From NCBI RefSeq assembly GCF_902713615.1, contig NC_052152.1:47777810-47841809 (forward strand): a stretch of DNA of 64,000 nt, written 5' to 3'. The notes below the pieces were generated by a model, which saw only the letters and a list, made by a program, of their open reading frames with translations, ran no database searches and was not told where the DNA came from. Numbering within the stretch: the first letter of the stretch is position 1; each line of letters begins with the position of its first letter. Shown piece by piece: positions 62,991 through 64,000 of this stretch. Made by a program: the position numbers and the translations under genes. This DNA is from Scyliorhinus canicula (Eukaryota).

Positions 62991-64000
62991 TGTTAAACAA
63001 TGTTCAAAACAAAATAAAGACAAAACAGGTGAATAATAAGAATAACTACCATTTGCCTCTCGCCTCATGGTACTGTATCCACTAATCCCTTCTCAAATTA
63101 TTTATATACCTCTGTCTTTGACTTCCTGAATATCTCCATTCTTGCTTCATTATCTGTCTCTATATATATTGCTCTGAGCTACTAACATTAGAGACTTCGA
63201 TCATCTTGAACAGACTACTGTCAGGCTGAGTTAACATTCTGAATATATTTAATAAATCAAAGAAAATTTTAAAAGACATAATTGTGAAATTGCGACCCAT
63301 GTTTCAATGTTAAAAAATGCCACACAATATTTAAATACAGGAACATATTTACCAATTTGACAAATAGATTGTAGTGCGTGAAAAACAATAGACTGCTCAA
63401 GAAATGTAGCAAAATTACACTTCCCAATTTGAGCGAGAAATAAAACTAACAACTTCTCACAGAGGCTGGTGTCACTGAATAAGAGGCATAACAAAACTTG
63501 CTAAATCAAACCAAGGAAAAATATAACAAAAGAGGAAAGATTGATGAAAAATACAAATGGGTGTTTGGGTTATGAAATGTAACTAGTCTGATGTCACAGC
63601 TGACTTGCTTTAGCCATGTGACTCTGTTTTGCTGATCTTTCTGCTCGTGGTGGTGGGAATTGAGATGGAGGGTTGGGTGGGGGGGAGAAACATGAGCGAC
63701 TTGCTCAATTTTGAGTTGTTGTTCCTGAAAGTTAATGAGAGCGTTTTCTCCAGCTGATGAAAGGAAATTTGATAATTTAGTGGTTAGTTGAACAAATGAT
63801 TGTTACTTCAACCAGTCACAAAAGTGCTATTGAGTGTGGCTCCCTGGGCATTGTATACACATTTAGTTATGATATACTGCCCGAACAGTCCAGGCATCAC
63901 TCAAGCACGTTCCTATCTTTCATCATCTAAATCTATCATCATAACCCTCTATTCCCTTCTCCTTCAAATGCTTGCCTAGCTTTGACTCCATAGAATCCTT

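Noticed and set aside
1-64000. CRISPR arrays, operons or prokaryotic defence systems
   Set aside because: Eukaryotic intron/exon and TE landscape; no regularly spaced repeat-spacer array seen.

Overview
Vertebrate genomic DNA, very probably a shark/catshark (inferred from shark-type V-SINE/HE1-like SINEs, a SacSINE1-like DeuSINE, CR1/L2 LINEs and a CaSR very close to the dogfish receptor as recalled). Two host genes lie in tandem on the minus strand. The first is the last three coding exons of CASR (62467-55940), with an apparent 1-bp frameshift in the 7TM exon. The second is the first seven coding exons (41908-15915) of an amidase-signature enzyme whose N-terminal domain resembles plant-type FAAH; it continues beyond the window start. 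Most of the rest is transposon-derived: L1/Tx1-like LINEs, a near-intact hAT transposon nested in an L1, CR1/L2/RTE fragments, GC-rich Harbinger-like MITEs, many SINEs, and an inverted pair of Gypsy remnants. The highlight is a young 9.76-kb full-length LTR element in amidase intron 1 (30831-40594, GAGT TSD). It has a coiled-coil Gag, in-frame UGA-CGG gag/pol junction, retrovirus-style tether plus RNase H, and no env. In the env position it carries a 114-aa signal peptide/Cys-loop/TM/polybasic ORF reminiscent of small viral fusogens. All family assignments are from motif recognition and memory, not database searches.
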